Assembly (NCBI GenBank): GCA_965218825.1
Contig: OZ244656.1
Coordinates: 3,805,038-3,869,037 of the forward strand
Direction: 5' to 3'
Source: Vicinamibacterales bacterium
Lineage (GTDB): Bacteria > Acidobacteriota > Vicinamibacteria > Vicinamibacterales > UBA8438
DNA: 64,000 nucleotides
Shown piece after piece: positions 8,264-17,823 of the stretch. The position numbers and the translations under genes are program-made. Each line of letters starts with the position of its first letter. Position 1 is the first letter of the stretch. Under the pieces are notes generated by a model that was given only the letters and a program-made list of their open reading frames with translations, ran no database searches and was not told where the DNA came from.

Positions 8264-11200
8264 TGGCAGCAACAACACGACGACAGCTGGTCGGACTCTG
8301 GGGCGTGCTGGTCGGGTGTGCCACCGCAACGTGTGGTGGCGGCCCTGAGCTACCGCTCGCCAACGAGGCAACCTACCGCGCGAACAATCAAGGCGTCGCG
8401 CTGCTCGAGCAGTTCGACTATCAGCCGGCGGCCGAGGCGTTTCGCGAGGCGCTCGATCTGGACGAGTCACACGCGGCTGCCCGGGTCAACCTCGCGATAG
8501 CCCTGTTCCTCGAGCAGGATCTCGAAGGCGCGAATCGAGAAGCAACCGCAGCGGCTGCGGATTTGCCGTCAGCGCTCGAGCCGCCGTACCTGCGCGGACT
8601 GGTCGCGCGGGCGCAGAATCGCCTCGACGACGCCATGGTCGCCTTCGGCACAGTTCTCGAGGCCGATCCAATTGACGTCGGCACAAACATCAACTTGGGT
8701 CAGATCTACCTGGAGATGCGCGACTATCCGGCCGCGATCGAGCGACTCCGGATCGCATACGAACACGAGCCCTTCAACGTCACCGCTGTCTACAACCTGG
8801 GCCTCGCCCTAGCCCGCAGTGGCGAGACCGCGGCGGGGCAGGCGCTGCTGGAACAGGCGCAGGCGTTGAGGTCGACGGAGTACGCCGTCACGTACAACAC
8901 GGGATACCTGCAACAGGGTCGCTACGCCGAGGCGATCGCCTCCACGGGTGCCGAGGCGGAGCTGGTTGATACCGCCGTACCCACGAGCGTATTCACGTCG
9001 CTCGAGGTTGGATCGTGGTCGCCATCTTCCACCCCGACGTCGCCATTTGGTCGTCGGTTTGCCGCCGACGATCTGACCGACGACGGCGTTCGTGAACTTG
9101 TGGCTGGGTTGGGCGGCGGAGTGGCGCCATTCGACTTCGACATGGATGGGGATCTTGATCTGTTCGTCGCGATGCCGGACGGAGAACGCTTGATGCGTAA
9201 CGACGGCGCAGGCCGCTGGGCGGAGGTCACGGCGTCAGCCGGACTGTCGGTTGCCCCCGATGACGGCGTTCCCATCGGCGCCATCGTGGCGGACTACAAC
9301 AACGACGAAGCACTCGATCTCTTCGTGCTCCGCTATGGCGGAAGCAGCCTCTATCAGAGCGATGGCGCTGGCAGCTTTACAGACGTGACGTCGTCGGCCG
9401 GCCTCTCGGACATCACACAGGCGCATGTGCCGGGCGCTGCGGCCTTTGCCGATCTCGATCATGACGGCGACGCCGACCTCATCATCGCCGGTCTCGCTGA
9501 TGTAGAGTCGTCGCTCGTATCGTTGGCAGAGGGCGCGTCGCTGCTGTTTCCCGAGGAGTTCGCACCGGCGCCGTTGCGCGTGCTCCGCAATAACCAGGAC
9601 GGGTCGTTCACCGATGTCACGGATGCGTCAGAAGTCGCGTTTTCAGGTCATGCCGTGGCGGTGGTGCCGACCGATTTCGACAACCGCCGAGATGTCGACC
9701 TGCTCGTGATCGATCGCGGCGGACCGCCCCGACTGTTCATGAACCTGCGGGACTCGACGTTTCGGGACGTTGCGTCTGAGGTGGGACTGGCGACTGCTGG
9801 CAACGCGATCGCGACGGTGTCGGCGGGAGACGTGAACAAAGACGACTTTCCTGACTTCGTCCTCGGGCGTGCCTCCGACGCCCTTGTCGCGCTGAGCGAT
9901 GGGCGGGGGCGATTTACGCTTGTTCCCGCTCCGGACGGAGCAGGCGACGCCAGCGCTCTCCGATTGCTCGACTACGACAACGACGGCTTGCTCGACTTGC
10001 TCGCGTGGGTGACCGACGGACCCCGGCTGTTCCGAAATCTTGGCCAGGACTGGAGCGATGTGTCCGGCACGGCGTTCGCCAGCTTCACCACCGAAGCGCC
10101 GGCGCCGGGCGCGGGTGGCCTTGGCGTTGCCGACATCGATCGTGACGGTGACAGCGATATCGTCGCGGTTGGCCCGGAGCGCGTCGTGATCGCTGAGAAC
10201 AGCGGAGATTCGCGGAACGCGTCAATTCGGATCGGGCTCCGCGGACTGGTTAGCAATCGCGCCGGGATTGGGGCGAAGGTGCAGCTGCGCGCCGGCAGCT
10301 TGAGTTCGCGTTTGGAGGCGTCGTCGGCGACGCCCGCGGCGGCACCGGCCGATCTGGTCTTCGGCATTGGGCGGCGACCCGGCGCGGACGTGGCCCGGGT
10401 GTTGTGGCCTTCCGGCATCTTGCAGGCCGAAGTGCCGGAACAGGACTACCTCTCGTCCGAGTTGGATGTCCAAGAGCTTGACCGCGAGCCCTCGTCGTGT
10501 CCGTTTCTCTTCACGTGGAACGGCAACCGGTTCGAGTTCGTCACCGATTTCCTCGGAGGCGGCGAGATGGGGCTGTGGCATGGTCCGGATCGCTACAACA
10601 CGCCGGATCCGGTGGAGTACGTCCGGATTCGGGATGACCAGTTGAAGCCGAAAGACGGGTTCCTCGAGCTCAGGGTCACGAGCGAACTTGAGGAGGCGGT
10701 CTTCTTCGACCATTTGGAGCTGGTGGTCCTGGAGCACCCTCGCGACGTTCAGATCTACCCGAACGAAGGCCTGACCGATCCGCCCAAACCGCACCAGCTG
10801 CACGCCGTGCGTGACCCTCGCGTCCCGGATCGCGTGCGAGACGAGAGCGGAAGCGACGTCACCGATCTGGTTGCGCAGATCGATGGGCGCTCCCCCGAGG
10901 GCTTTGCGCTGGCCCCATTTCGGGGCTATGCCGAAATCCACAGTCTGATTCTCGATCTGGGGGCGTCCAGCGACTCTGCCGTCCTCCTGCTTACCGGTTG
11001 GACCTCGTACGCGTTCTCGAGCGACAACCTTGCCGCGCTGCAAGCTGGGCTTACGCCCATCGTACCGGCGCTGGAAATCAAGGACACGAGCGGGACCTGG
11101 CGTCCGGCTGGAGTCGATATGGGATTCCCGGTGGGCCGGCCGCAGACCATCGCGGTCGACCTGACCGATCACCTTCAAGCCGGTGAGCACGAGCTCCGGA

Positions 11201-11754
11201 TCGTGACCAACATGCGGATCTACTGGGATCAGATCCTGGTTGGTCGTCGCGCCTCGATCGATGGGGTCCGCGAGCACCGAATCGATCTGTCCAGCGCCGA
11301 TCTACGCGAACGTGGTTTCTCTGCGGAGACGCGCACCGAGCCCACGACATACGACTACGATCGTGTCAGCGCGAAATCACCGTGGAAAACCATGGCGGGA
11401 AGTTACACGCGGGAGGGCGACGTGATCGAGCTGCTCGCGGCTGGCGATGACCGTTTCGTCATCACGCGCGACGGCGACGAAATCGTCCTGCGGTACGATG
11501 CCTCGGCGCTCGATCCGATCCACGAGAATCAGGCTCGGACCTACCTGCTTCGCGCCGACGGTTTCAGCAAGGAGATGGACATCAACTCGGCCACTCCGGA
11601 TTCGGTCGAACCGCTCCCGTTCCACGCGATGTCTCGATACCCGTACAGCGCGTCCGAGCGGTATCCCAGCACATCGGCGCACCGCCGGTATCGCGAAACC
11701 TACAACACGCGCCCGGTCGTTGCTTCGGTGCCGCGTATCGAGGCGGCGAGGTAA
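8263..11754 (+). CDS. Large lipoprotein: N-terminal TPR + FG-GAP/VCBS repeats + ASPIC/UnbV + ~440-aa uncharacterised C-terminal region
   Basis: The GTG start overlaps the upstream stop by 1 nt (TAGTG). Lipoprotein-like signal (LVGCATATCGG). TPR repeats span residues ~35-200. FG-GAP motifs are present (DFDMDGDLDLFVA, DYNNDEALDLFV, DLDHDGDADLII, DYDNDGLLDLLAW, DIDRDGDSDIVA). UnbV-like block (SNRAGIGAKVQLRAG...VLWPSGILQ). Confidence 0.8.
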   Translation: MAATTRRQLVGLWGVLVGCATATCGGGPELPLANEATYRANNQGVALLEQFDYQPAAEAFREALDLDESHAAARVNLAIALFLEQDLEGANREATAAAADLPSALEPPYLRGLVARAQNRLDDAMVAFGTVLEADPIDVGTNINLGQIYLEMRDYPAAIERLRIAYEHEPFNVTAVYNLGLALARSGETAAGQALLEQAQALRSTEYAVTYNTGYLQQGRYAEAIASTGAEAELVDTAVPTSVFTSLEVGSWSPSSTPTSPFGRRFAADDLTDDGVRELVAGLGGGVAPFDFDMDGDLDLFVAMPDGERLMRNDGAGRWAEVTASAGLSVAPDDGVPIGAIVADYNNDEALDLFVLRYGGSSLYQSDGAGSFTDVTSSAGLSDITQAHVPGAAAFADLDHDGDADLIIAGLADVESSLVSLAEGASLLFPEEFAPAPLRVLRNNQDGSFTDVTDASEVAFSGHAVAVVPTDFDNRRDVDLLVIDRGGPPRLFMNLRDSTFRDVASEVGLATAGNAIATVSAGDVNKDDFPDFVLGRASDALVALSDGRGRFTLVPAPDGAGDASALRLLDYDNDGLLDLLAWVTDGPRLFRNLGQDWSDVSGTAFASFTTEAPAPGAGGLGVADIDRDGDSDIVAVGPERVVIAENSGDSRNASIRIGLRGLVSNRAGIGAKVQLRAGSLSSRLEASSATPAAAPADLVFGIGRRPGADVARVLWPSGILQAEVPEQDYLSSELDVQELDREPSSCPFLFTWNGNRFEFVTDFLGGGEMGLWHGPDRYNTPDPVEYVRIRDDQLKPKDGFLELRVTSELEEAVFFDHLELVVLEHPRDVQIYPNEGLTDPPKPHQLHAVRDPRVPDRVRDESGSDVTDLVAQIDGRSPEGFALAPFRGYAEIHSLILDLGASSDSAVLLLTGWTSYAFSSDNLAALQAGLTPIVPALEIKDTSGTWRPAGVDMGFPVGRPQTIAVDLTDHLQAGEHELRIVTNMRIYWDQILVGRRASIDGVREHRIDLSSADLRERGFSAETRTEPTTYDYDRVSAKSPWKTMAGSYTREGDVIELLAAGDDRFVITRDGDEIVLRYDASALDPIHENQARTYLLRADGFSKEMDINSATPDSVEPLPFHAMSRYPYSASERYPSTSAHRRYRETYNTRPVVASVPRIEAAR

Positions 11755-11761
11755 CGGGCAC

Positions 11762-12781
11762 ATGGAACACGTTCGCTACTCGGCCGCCGCGTGCCAGACC
11801 GATCTTGCCAACCCGACCGACCGGTCACACATGCGCAAGAACACCGACCGGATACTCAGCATGGTGGACTCAGCCGTGGAGGGGAGTGCACCGTTTCTTC
11901 CAGTACGACTCGTGGTGTTTCCGGAGTTCGCACACGCCGCGCCGGTGTTTCCGACGGTCGAGGAGTTGCGGCGGAAGCTGACTGTGCCGATTCCCAACGA
12001 ACACACCGATCGGCTTACGGCGAAGGCCCGCGAGCATGGCATCTACATCCAGAGTGGGACGATGCTCGAGGAAGACTCGAAATACCCAGCCGTGGTCTTC
12101 AACACGACATGTCTGATCGGGCCGGGCGGCATTCTCACCAAGTACCGAAAGGTCAACCCGTGGATTCCGTATGAGGTGCACGCGAGCCCCCACGACTTGC
12201 CTGGCTACGACGAGCCGCTCTTTCCCGTGGCCGATACACCTATCGGCCGCATCGGTTGTGCGATCTGTTATGACTGGCTATTTCCCGAAGCGCTGCGTCA
12301 GCTAGCTGCGAACGGCGCTGAGGTCCTGGTCCGGGTGTCGGCCTACATGGATCCGTGGGGCGCGACCGAGCCGATGTCGTGGTGGACGATCGTCAATCGG
12401 TCCCGAGCGTTGGAGAACCTCTCTTACGTCGTTGCGGCGAACCAGGGCGCGAGTCTTCGGCACTACCCCCCGTACTCGTGGCCGGGCGGTTCCCAGGTCG
12501 TCGACTTCGACGGGCGGCTGCTGGCCGAAGCATCACCGGGTCCAGGGGAGCGGATCGTGATTGCGCCGATCGACATTTCGGCCCTCCGTCACGAACGGCA
12601 GGCGCGGACGGGCCATCACATGCTTGCGCATCTTCGCACTGAGGCCTACGAGGTGTATCGGCGCCCTGGCTATCCACCATCCGGCGGAGATGCGACGGCC
12701 CTGTCGTACCCGGGCAACCGTCAGCGGATCGAGGCCGCCAAGCAGGCCTTTGTCTCGCCGTCGACCCGAGAACCGGCCTAG
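11762..12781 (+). CDS. Carbon-nitrogen hydrolase (nitrilase/aliphatic amidase superfamily)
   Basis: The E-K-C catalytic triad context is present: VVFPEF (Glu), YRKVNPW (Lys), GCAICYDWLFPE (Cys). I take the in-frame ATG at 11762 (MEHVRYSAAAC..). The ORF-track start at 11447 would overlap the preceding gene by about 300 nt. Confidence 0.85.
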   Translation: MEHVRYSAAACQTDLANPTDRSHMRKNTDRILSMVDSAVEGSAPFLPVRLVVFPEFAHAAPVFPTVEELRRKLTVPIPNEHTDRLTAKAREHGIYIQSGTMLEEDSKYPAVVFNTTCLIGPGGILTKYRKVNPWIPYEVHASPHDLPGYDEPLFPVADTPIGRIGCAICYDWLFPEALRQLAANGAEVLVRVSAYMDPWGATEPMSWWTIVNRSRALENLSYVVAANQGASLRHYPPYSWPGGSQVVDFDGRLLAEASPGPGERIVIAPIDISALRHERQARTGHHMLAHLRTEAYEVYRRPGYPPSGGDATALSYPGNRQRIEAAKQAFVSPSTREPA

Positions 12782-12864
12782 TCCTCACACCCGTCACCTG
12801 ATCCCCGAGGATCGGGATTCGCCCCTCAAAACATTGCAGGGAACCGCCGATAGTAAGAGTAGCT

Positions 12865-14259
12865 ATGGGTGGCGGCCAAGAGGTCGAAGTAGATAGTCAG
12901 ACCGCAGACGGTTCGATGCGTCCATCTGGGCTGCTCCTGGCCCTGCTGGTCCTGCTGGGTGGATCAGCGATCCTGGTGATCGGAGCGCTCAGCGGGCGCT
13001 ACTTCTTCATCAGCAAGGGCACGATTTTGCCGCTTCTGCTGCTGGGGGCCATGCTGTCGGGCCAGACCCGTGCCTTTCTGCGCGATTGGCTGTTGTTTCT
13101 GTCGCTGCTGCTGTTGTTCGATACGCTGCGCGGCACGATCTACCTCGCCATCTTCGAGTGGCATTTGCCCTGGTATATGGGCTATGCCATCAGGCTGGAG
13201 GAACTGATCTTCGGCGTCCCCTCCGCCTCGCACTGGGTTCACGACACCTGGCCGGAGCTGGTCGCATCGCCACTGGTCCGCAGCCTCATGGTGATGGTTC
13301 ACGCTTCGCACTTCCTCTACTTCCTGGGATTCGGTTTCGCCGTCTACAGGTTGGCACCGCATCACTTCCGGTTGTACACAACCGCCATGACGCTGGTCAT
13401 GGCCGGTGGGTTGGTTGGCTATCTGTTAGTGCCGACGGTGCCGCCTTGGATGGCGGCCGACTTCTTCGGCGTGCTGCCGCCCATTGAGCGTCTGCTCGAC
13501 GAAACCTACAACAGCTACATCCCGACGGTCCTGGTTGGATTGCAGACAAACCACATTGCCGCGATGCCGTCGTTGCACGTCGCGTTTCCGACGACCTGCT
13601 GCGCCATCGCGTGGCATCTGTTCGGATGGCGTGCGTGGCCCGCATTGGTCTACACGGTACTCACGCTGGTCTCGCCAATCTACTTGGCTGAGCACTACGC
13701 CGTCGATGTGCTGGCGGGGATCGGACTAGGGCTCGCCGCGTATCTCGTCGCTGTGTCGCGGCGCGCGGTTCCGGCCCCAGAGGTCGAGCCTCCCGAGGGG
13801 AATCGAGAGACCGGCTGGGGCGACCTCATCAGCTATATCGGCGCGCGCCGACTACTGGCGTGCACCGTCATCTTCTACGTGGCAGCAGGCTCGGGCTTCT
13901 TCAATGAGGGAAGCCGCTTCCCCGGGCTCTTGCCCAACGAACGTTTCATCGAGCGCGAGCTGGCGGGCCGGACCGAATTGGTGAACTTCTTCAAGGGAAC
14001 ACTGGCGCTGCAGGCAGGGCATCACGAGTCCGCCCGACGTCAACTGACGGAGAGCCTGAAGCAGCCGGTCGTCGGGCATGAAGAGTTTCTTGGTTACGTC
14101 CTCTTGCTCGAGGTCGCGATTCGCGCCAACGCCGTCCCCTTGCTGATCGAGGTTCTGGAGGGCATGCCCTCAGACCTGAAGACACCCCTGGGTCGTGAGG
14201 CCCTCGAGGAAGCCCACCGCCGGGTTGTCTCATTGCCGGGCACCGTGCGAACAAACTAG
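12865..14259 (+). CDS. PAP2_3-type integral membrane protein (inositol-phosphorylceramide-synthase/Aur1-like phosphatase-transferase fold) with a soluble helical C-terminal extension
   Basis: Multiple TM helices. Acid-phosphatase-type motifs are present: AAMPSLHVAFP (nt 13564-13590) and LAEHYAVDVLAG (nt 13687-13719). The C-terminal ~130 aa are helical and TPR-like. Confidence 0.65.
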   Translation: MGGGQEVEVDSQTADGSMRPSGLLLALLVLLGGSAILVIGALSGRYFFISKGTILPLLLLGAMLSGQTRAFLRDWLLFLSLLLLFDTLRGTIYLAIFEWHLPWYMGYAIRLEELIFGVPSASHWVHDTWPELVASPLVRSLMVMVHASHFLYFLGFGFAVYRLAPHHFRLYTTAMTLVMAGGLVGYLLVPTVPPWMAADFFGVLPPIERLLDETYNSYIPTVLVGLQTNHIAAMPSLHVAFPTTCCAIAWHLFGWRAWPALVYTVLTLVSPIYLAEHYAVDVLAGIGLGLAAYLVAVSRRAVPAPEVEPPEGNRETGWGDLISYIGARRLLACTVIFYVAAGSGFFNEGSRFPGLLPNERFIERELAGRTELVNFFKGTLALQAGHHESARRQLTESLKQPVVGHEEFLGYVLLLEVAIRANAVPLLIEVLEGMPSDLKTPLGREALEEAHRRVVSLPGTVRTN

Positions 14260-14294
14260 TCGCCTACGTCACACGACCACGAGTACTGCCCACT

Positions 14295-15911
14295 ATGCAA
14301 CTCGCCCGCTACCCGCTGCATCCGTTTCTTCTCGCCTGCTACTTCCCGATGCTCCTGCTGTCGAACAACATGGGCTTGTTCGGTGTCGAGGACGTCTATC
14401 GGGCGATCAGCCTGAACCTGGTGCTGGCCTTTGTCCTTTTCTACATGTTCCGGCTGGCTTACCGGGATGGTGGCCGGGCCGCGTTTGCCACGACCGCGAT
14501 ACTTGGTCTGTGTTTCTCATTTCGATTGATCGGTGGAAGCCCCGAATCTGCGCTGTCTGATTCGCTCGCCCTGGCTGTGACTGGAGTGGCCGGTCTTGCT
14601 GTCGTCGTGCTGGCGTCGAGGATCCCGCGCGATAATGTCGAAGCTCCCCTGATCCTCAACGTGTTCGTCACGGTGATGCTGATTGTGCCGGTCTATGAGG
14701 TCGTCGACGCGCAGCTGGCGGACGACGATCCCGCATCGCGGGTGGCCAGCGGCATCGATTCGGCGGCGCACGACGTGTTGCGTCACGCACATATGCCCGA
14801 CACGCTGCCTACGGTTTTTCACATCGTGGCGGACGGCTATTCTCGCAACGACGTGCTGCAGGATGTTTACGGGTACGACAATTCGGCGTTTACGAGTCGT
14901 CTGCGCGAACTCGGCTTCGCGGTCAGCGATCGAGCCACGACACCGTACGGACAGACGCTGCTGGCCGTCAACTCCGTGTTGTCGATGAACTACCTCAACG
15001 ACTACATCGCGGCTCTCGAATCGGATGGCGAACTGGAACCGGCCCGACTGCGAAAGGTCCTGAAGCGGTTCTTCTACACCGCTCCCGTCCTCCAGCTGTT
15101 CGAGGAGATGGGCTATCACCTGGTCATGACCGAGACCGACTATCCGCCGCTCAACAACCCGGAGGCCGATTACTTCCTTGAGTCCAAGACCGATCCGTTC
15201 GCCCTCACGTTCTACGAGCACGCTCTCCTGGCAACGACACCATTCTCCGTGGGGAGTACGCGGAGCGCGCTTCTTCTACAGGCCGCGATGGAGTCCAACA
15301 GAAAGCTGATCTTCGCGCTTGGCCCGCACGACTACGCTCGAATGGAGAAGCCCCTCTTCGTGCTGACCCACGTCTTGTCGCCGCACCCGCCGTTCACGAT
15401 CGATCGTGATGGCGTACCGCAACGAGACAGCGCCGCTCGGTCTGATGGAAACCGTTGGATCGGGGACAATCCCGAGCGTCGACGCCAGTACCAAGACCGC
15501 TATCTCGAGAAACTGCAGTACACCAACGGTGCCCTGATGAAACACGTCGAAGGTCTCATCGAGAACTTCGAAGGGCCGAAGGTGATTATCATTCACGGGG
15601 ATCACGGAGGTGGGCTGTACCTGAATCACGACGACGGTTCGGCAACCTGTCTTAAGGAACGGTTTTCGCCGTTCCTCGCCGTATACGCCAGCGACCGTCG
15701 AGTGACAGACGCGTTGGGCGATGACATGAACCTCGTCAACTTGTACCGAGTGCTGTTCAACGAGATCTTTGATACTGATCTGCCGGCGCTTCCCTCGAGA
15801 AGCTTCTTCGCGCCGTGGGAAGATCCGACTCAGCTTCAGGAGATCGCGCCCGAGCGTCTCGAGTCCTTGGGCGCGCAGTGTCACGCGTTCGCGACACGTG
15901 CGTCGAGGTGA
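14295..15911 (+). CDS. Membrane-anchored sulfatase-like / alkaline-phosphatase-superfamily protein (LtaS/EptA-like architecture)
   Basis: About 5 N-terminal TM helices are followed by a soluble domain with VFHIVADGYSRNDV (metal-binding Asp context) and IIHGDHGGG (the HGDHG motif typical of sulfatase/phosphotransferase folds). Confidence 0.6.
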   Translation: MQLARYPLHPFLLACYFPMLLLSNNMGLFGVEDVYRAISLNLVLAFVLFYMFRLAYRDGGRAAFATTAILGLCFSFRLIGGSPESALSDSLALAVTGVAGLAVVVLASRIPRDNVEAPLILNVFVTVMLIVPVYEVVDAQLADDDPASRVASGIDSAAHDVLRHAHMPDTLPTVFHIVADGYSRNDVLQDVYGYDNSAFTSRLRELGFAVSDRATTPYGQTLLAVNSVLSMNYLNDYIAALESDGELEPARLRKVLKRFFYTAPVLQLFEEMGYHLVMTETDYPPLNNPEADYFLESKTDPFALTFYEHALLATTPFSVGSTRSALLLQAAMESNRKLIFALGPHDYARMEKPLFVLTHVLSPHPPFTIDRDGVPQRDSAARSDGNRWIGDNPERRRQYQDRYLEKLQYTNGALMKHVEGLIENFEGPKVIIIHGDHGGGLYLNHDDGSATCLKERFSPFLAVYASDRRVTDALGDDMNLVNLYRVLFNEIFDTDLPALPSRSFFAPWEDPTQLQEIAPERLESLGAQCHAFATRASR

Positions 15912-16003
15912 CAAAAGACGATAGTGACAACGAGACCTGCCGTGCCGCGCACGGCAAATAGCTGGCGGTTGTTGAGTGCTGACGTTCACGACCGCCGAGG
16001 AAG

Positions 16004-16264
16004 GTGGCAACGATGCAGCGAGGATGTGTACCTAGAGGACGGAATCACAAGCGAGGGCGCCAAACAGCGGGGCTCCTGCTGGTGTTGGCGGGGTGGCTCG
16101 TGCTCGAGACTCCAGTGCAGGCCTACCTGGACCCGGGCAGTGGGAGTATGCTCCTTCAGGTGCTGCTCGGGGGGGTCGCGGCAATCGGTGTCGTCGCGAA
16201 GCTCTACTGGCATAGGGTGACCTCGATCTTTCGGCGCGGCACGTCCGCAAAGGACGACAGCTAG
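16004..16264 (+). CDS. Small hypothetical membrane protein
   Basis: Basic N-terminus plus two hydrophobic segments and a YLDPGSGSMLLQ motif. It sits in a gap with no competing supported gene. Start uncertain. Confidence 0.35.
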   Translation: MATMQRGCVPRGRNHKRGRQTAGLLLVLAGWLVLETPVQAYLDPGSGSMLLQVLLGGVAAIGVVAKLYWHRVTSIFRRGTSAKDDS

Positions 16265-16303
16265 CCAAAGGTAACGGGCAAGCAACCATTCACGAAGGAT
16301 GGG

Positions 16304-17740
16304 ATGACGAAACACCTCAGCGCAGTCATAACTGTCTTCTGCCTGCTCTCCGTCTCCCTCGCCGCCCAGCAAGAAGAGCGATACGACTACTGGCAGTTCA
16401 CCCGCCAGATGATTCGACATGGACAGCAGGCGCTCTTCATGTGCAACGGGCTCTTCACGTCCAATCGCACGGTGGAGCAGGTCTTTAAGCAAGAACTGGC
16501 CTTCTTGCCCGCCCCCGTGGGATCCCCGTCTGGAGGCGACTACGTCGTCGATCGGGATCGGCGAGCGGTCGCCGTCGGGTCCGGTCACGGTGTGCCAACG
16601 ATACATGCGGCGTTCCGGGATGGGATTGGCTGCGTCATCATGCCTCCGGACCAGACGTTTGCCGACATCGATCGGCTGCCGGAATTGAAGATGGCGCCAC
16701 CGGCCGGTGACCCTGCCACGATCCCGTGGCCGGATGGTGACCTCGTCGCCTCTACGCGATTGCCCGCGAGCGTCGATACCGATGCGCTGCAGGCGGCGTC
16801 TGACTGGGCGTTCGAGCGCGAGTCATTGGAGCAAGTGACGCTGAGCCTGCTGGTTGTTCAGGGCGGCAAAATCATCCATGAGCGGTATGCGCCTGGCGTT
16901 GAGATGTCCACACGAACGCGAACGTGGTCGACGGCCAAGAGCATCGCGGCCACCTTGATCGGCATGATGGTCGACGACGGACGCATGGCGCTCGACGAGC
17001 CTCTGGGGATCACCTGGCTGCCACGCGCCGCCTCGCCGGAGAGTGATCCACGGGCCGAGATCACATTGCGACACGTCCTCAACATGTCGAGTGGTCTCGA
17101 CACGGTCGACAACCAGGGACGCGAGTACGCGACTGGGTCGGGCCTCGCCTATTGGGCTGGTGCCAGCTCTGTCCAGGGTGCGCGCCAGCGCGCGCTCATC
17201 CGAAAGCCCGGCACGAACTGGGACTACGAGAACTACGACACGCTGTTGGCGGTCCACGCGATGAAACAAGCCATCGCGGATGCCCAAGCCTATCTCGAGT
17301 TTCCGCGTCGCCGCTTGCTCGACCGGATCGGGATGCGGAATACGCTGATTGGCGTCGACCGTTTCGGCGACTTCATCCTCAGCAGCCAGGTCTACACGAA
17401 CGCACGTGACCTGGCGCGGTTCGGGCTCTTGTACCTACAGAACGGCACCTGGAACGGTGAGCGACTCATCTCGGAGAGGTGGATCGACTTCGTGCGGACA
17501 CCTGCGCCGGCGACTGCGGCGCGAGGGAACGCCTACGGCGGGCAGTGGTGGCTCGTGCCCGATAGCCGCACCGATGTGCCAAAGGACGCCTACTCGACGT
17601 CGGGCAACCGTGGCCAGTTCGTCGTGATTGTTCCTTCCTATGATCTCGTCATCGTCAGGCGCGGCCTCGACTTCGGGGGCCAAGGCTTCAACCGCTGGGA
17701 TTTAGCGCGCGAAGTGCTCAAGGCGGTCCAACCTCTCTAA
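16304..17740 (+). CDS. Serine hydrolase, beta-lactamase/transpeptidase-like fold (class C / esterase family)
   Basis: Signal peptide (VITVFCLLSVSLAAQQ). SxxK nucleophile motif WSTAKSIAA. The length and the C-terminal GNRGQFVVIVPSYDLVIVRRG block are typical of the family. A GGA-rich RBS precedes the ATG. Confidence 0.85.
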   Translation: MTKHLSAVITVFCLLSVSLAAQQEERYDYWQFTRQMIRHGQQALFMCNGLFTSNRTVEQVFKQELAFLPAPVGSPSGGDYVVDRDRRAVAVGSGHGVPTIHAAFRDGIGCVIMPPDQTFADIDRLPELKMAPPAGDPATIPWPDGDLVASTRLPASVDTDALQAASDWAFERESLEQVTLSLLVVQGGKIIHERYAPGVEMSTRTRTWSTAKSIAATLIGMMVDDGRMALDEPLGITWLPRAASPESDPRAEITLRHVLNMSSGLDTVDNQGREYATGSGLAYWAGASSVQGARQRALIRKPGTNWDYENYDTLLAVHAMKQAIADAQAYLEFPRRRLLDRIGMRNTLIGVDRFGDFILSSQVYTNARDLARFGLLYLQNGTWNGERLISERWIDFVRTPAPATAARGNAYGGQWWLVPDSRTDVPKDAYSTSGNRGQFVVIVPSYDLVIVRRGLDFGGQGFNRWDLAREVLKAVQPL

Positions 17741-17823
17741 GCTAGCTACTGATCGCACGCCACGGGTTGCGAATCGGCGAGCTGGGCACTACGATCCCCC
17801 GGTTGTAGAGGGACGGAGGATAC

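Noticed and set aside
10222-11277. 351-aa minus-strand ORF, plus similar long antisense ORFs at 20133-21056, 20743-21663, 36210-37217, 14517-15221, 15276-16010, 50961-51875, 51876-52793, 58535-59275 and 59624-60562
   Set aside because: Each lies fully within a well-supported gene on the other strand (FG-GAP protein, kefB, TonB receptor, sulfatase-like protein, aceE, methyltransferases). These are high-GC shadow frames.
11447-11761. Upstream extension of the nitrilase ORF (ORF-track start 11447)
   Set aside because: It would overlap the 3' end of the 1163-aa gene by ~300 nt and translates to Arg/Ser/Thr-rich junk. The conserved nitrilase sequence begins at the ATG at 11762.
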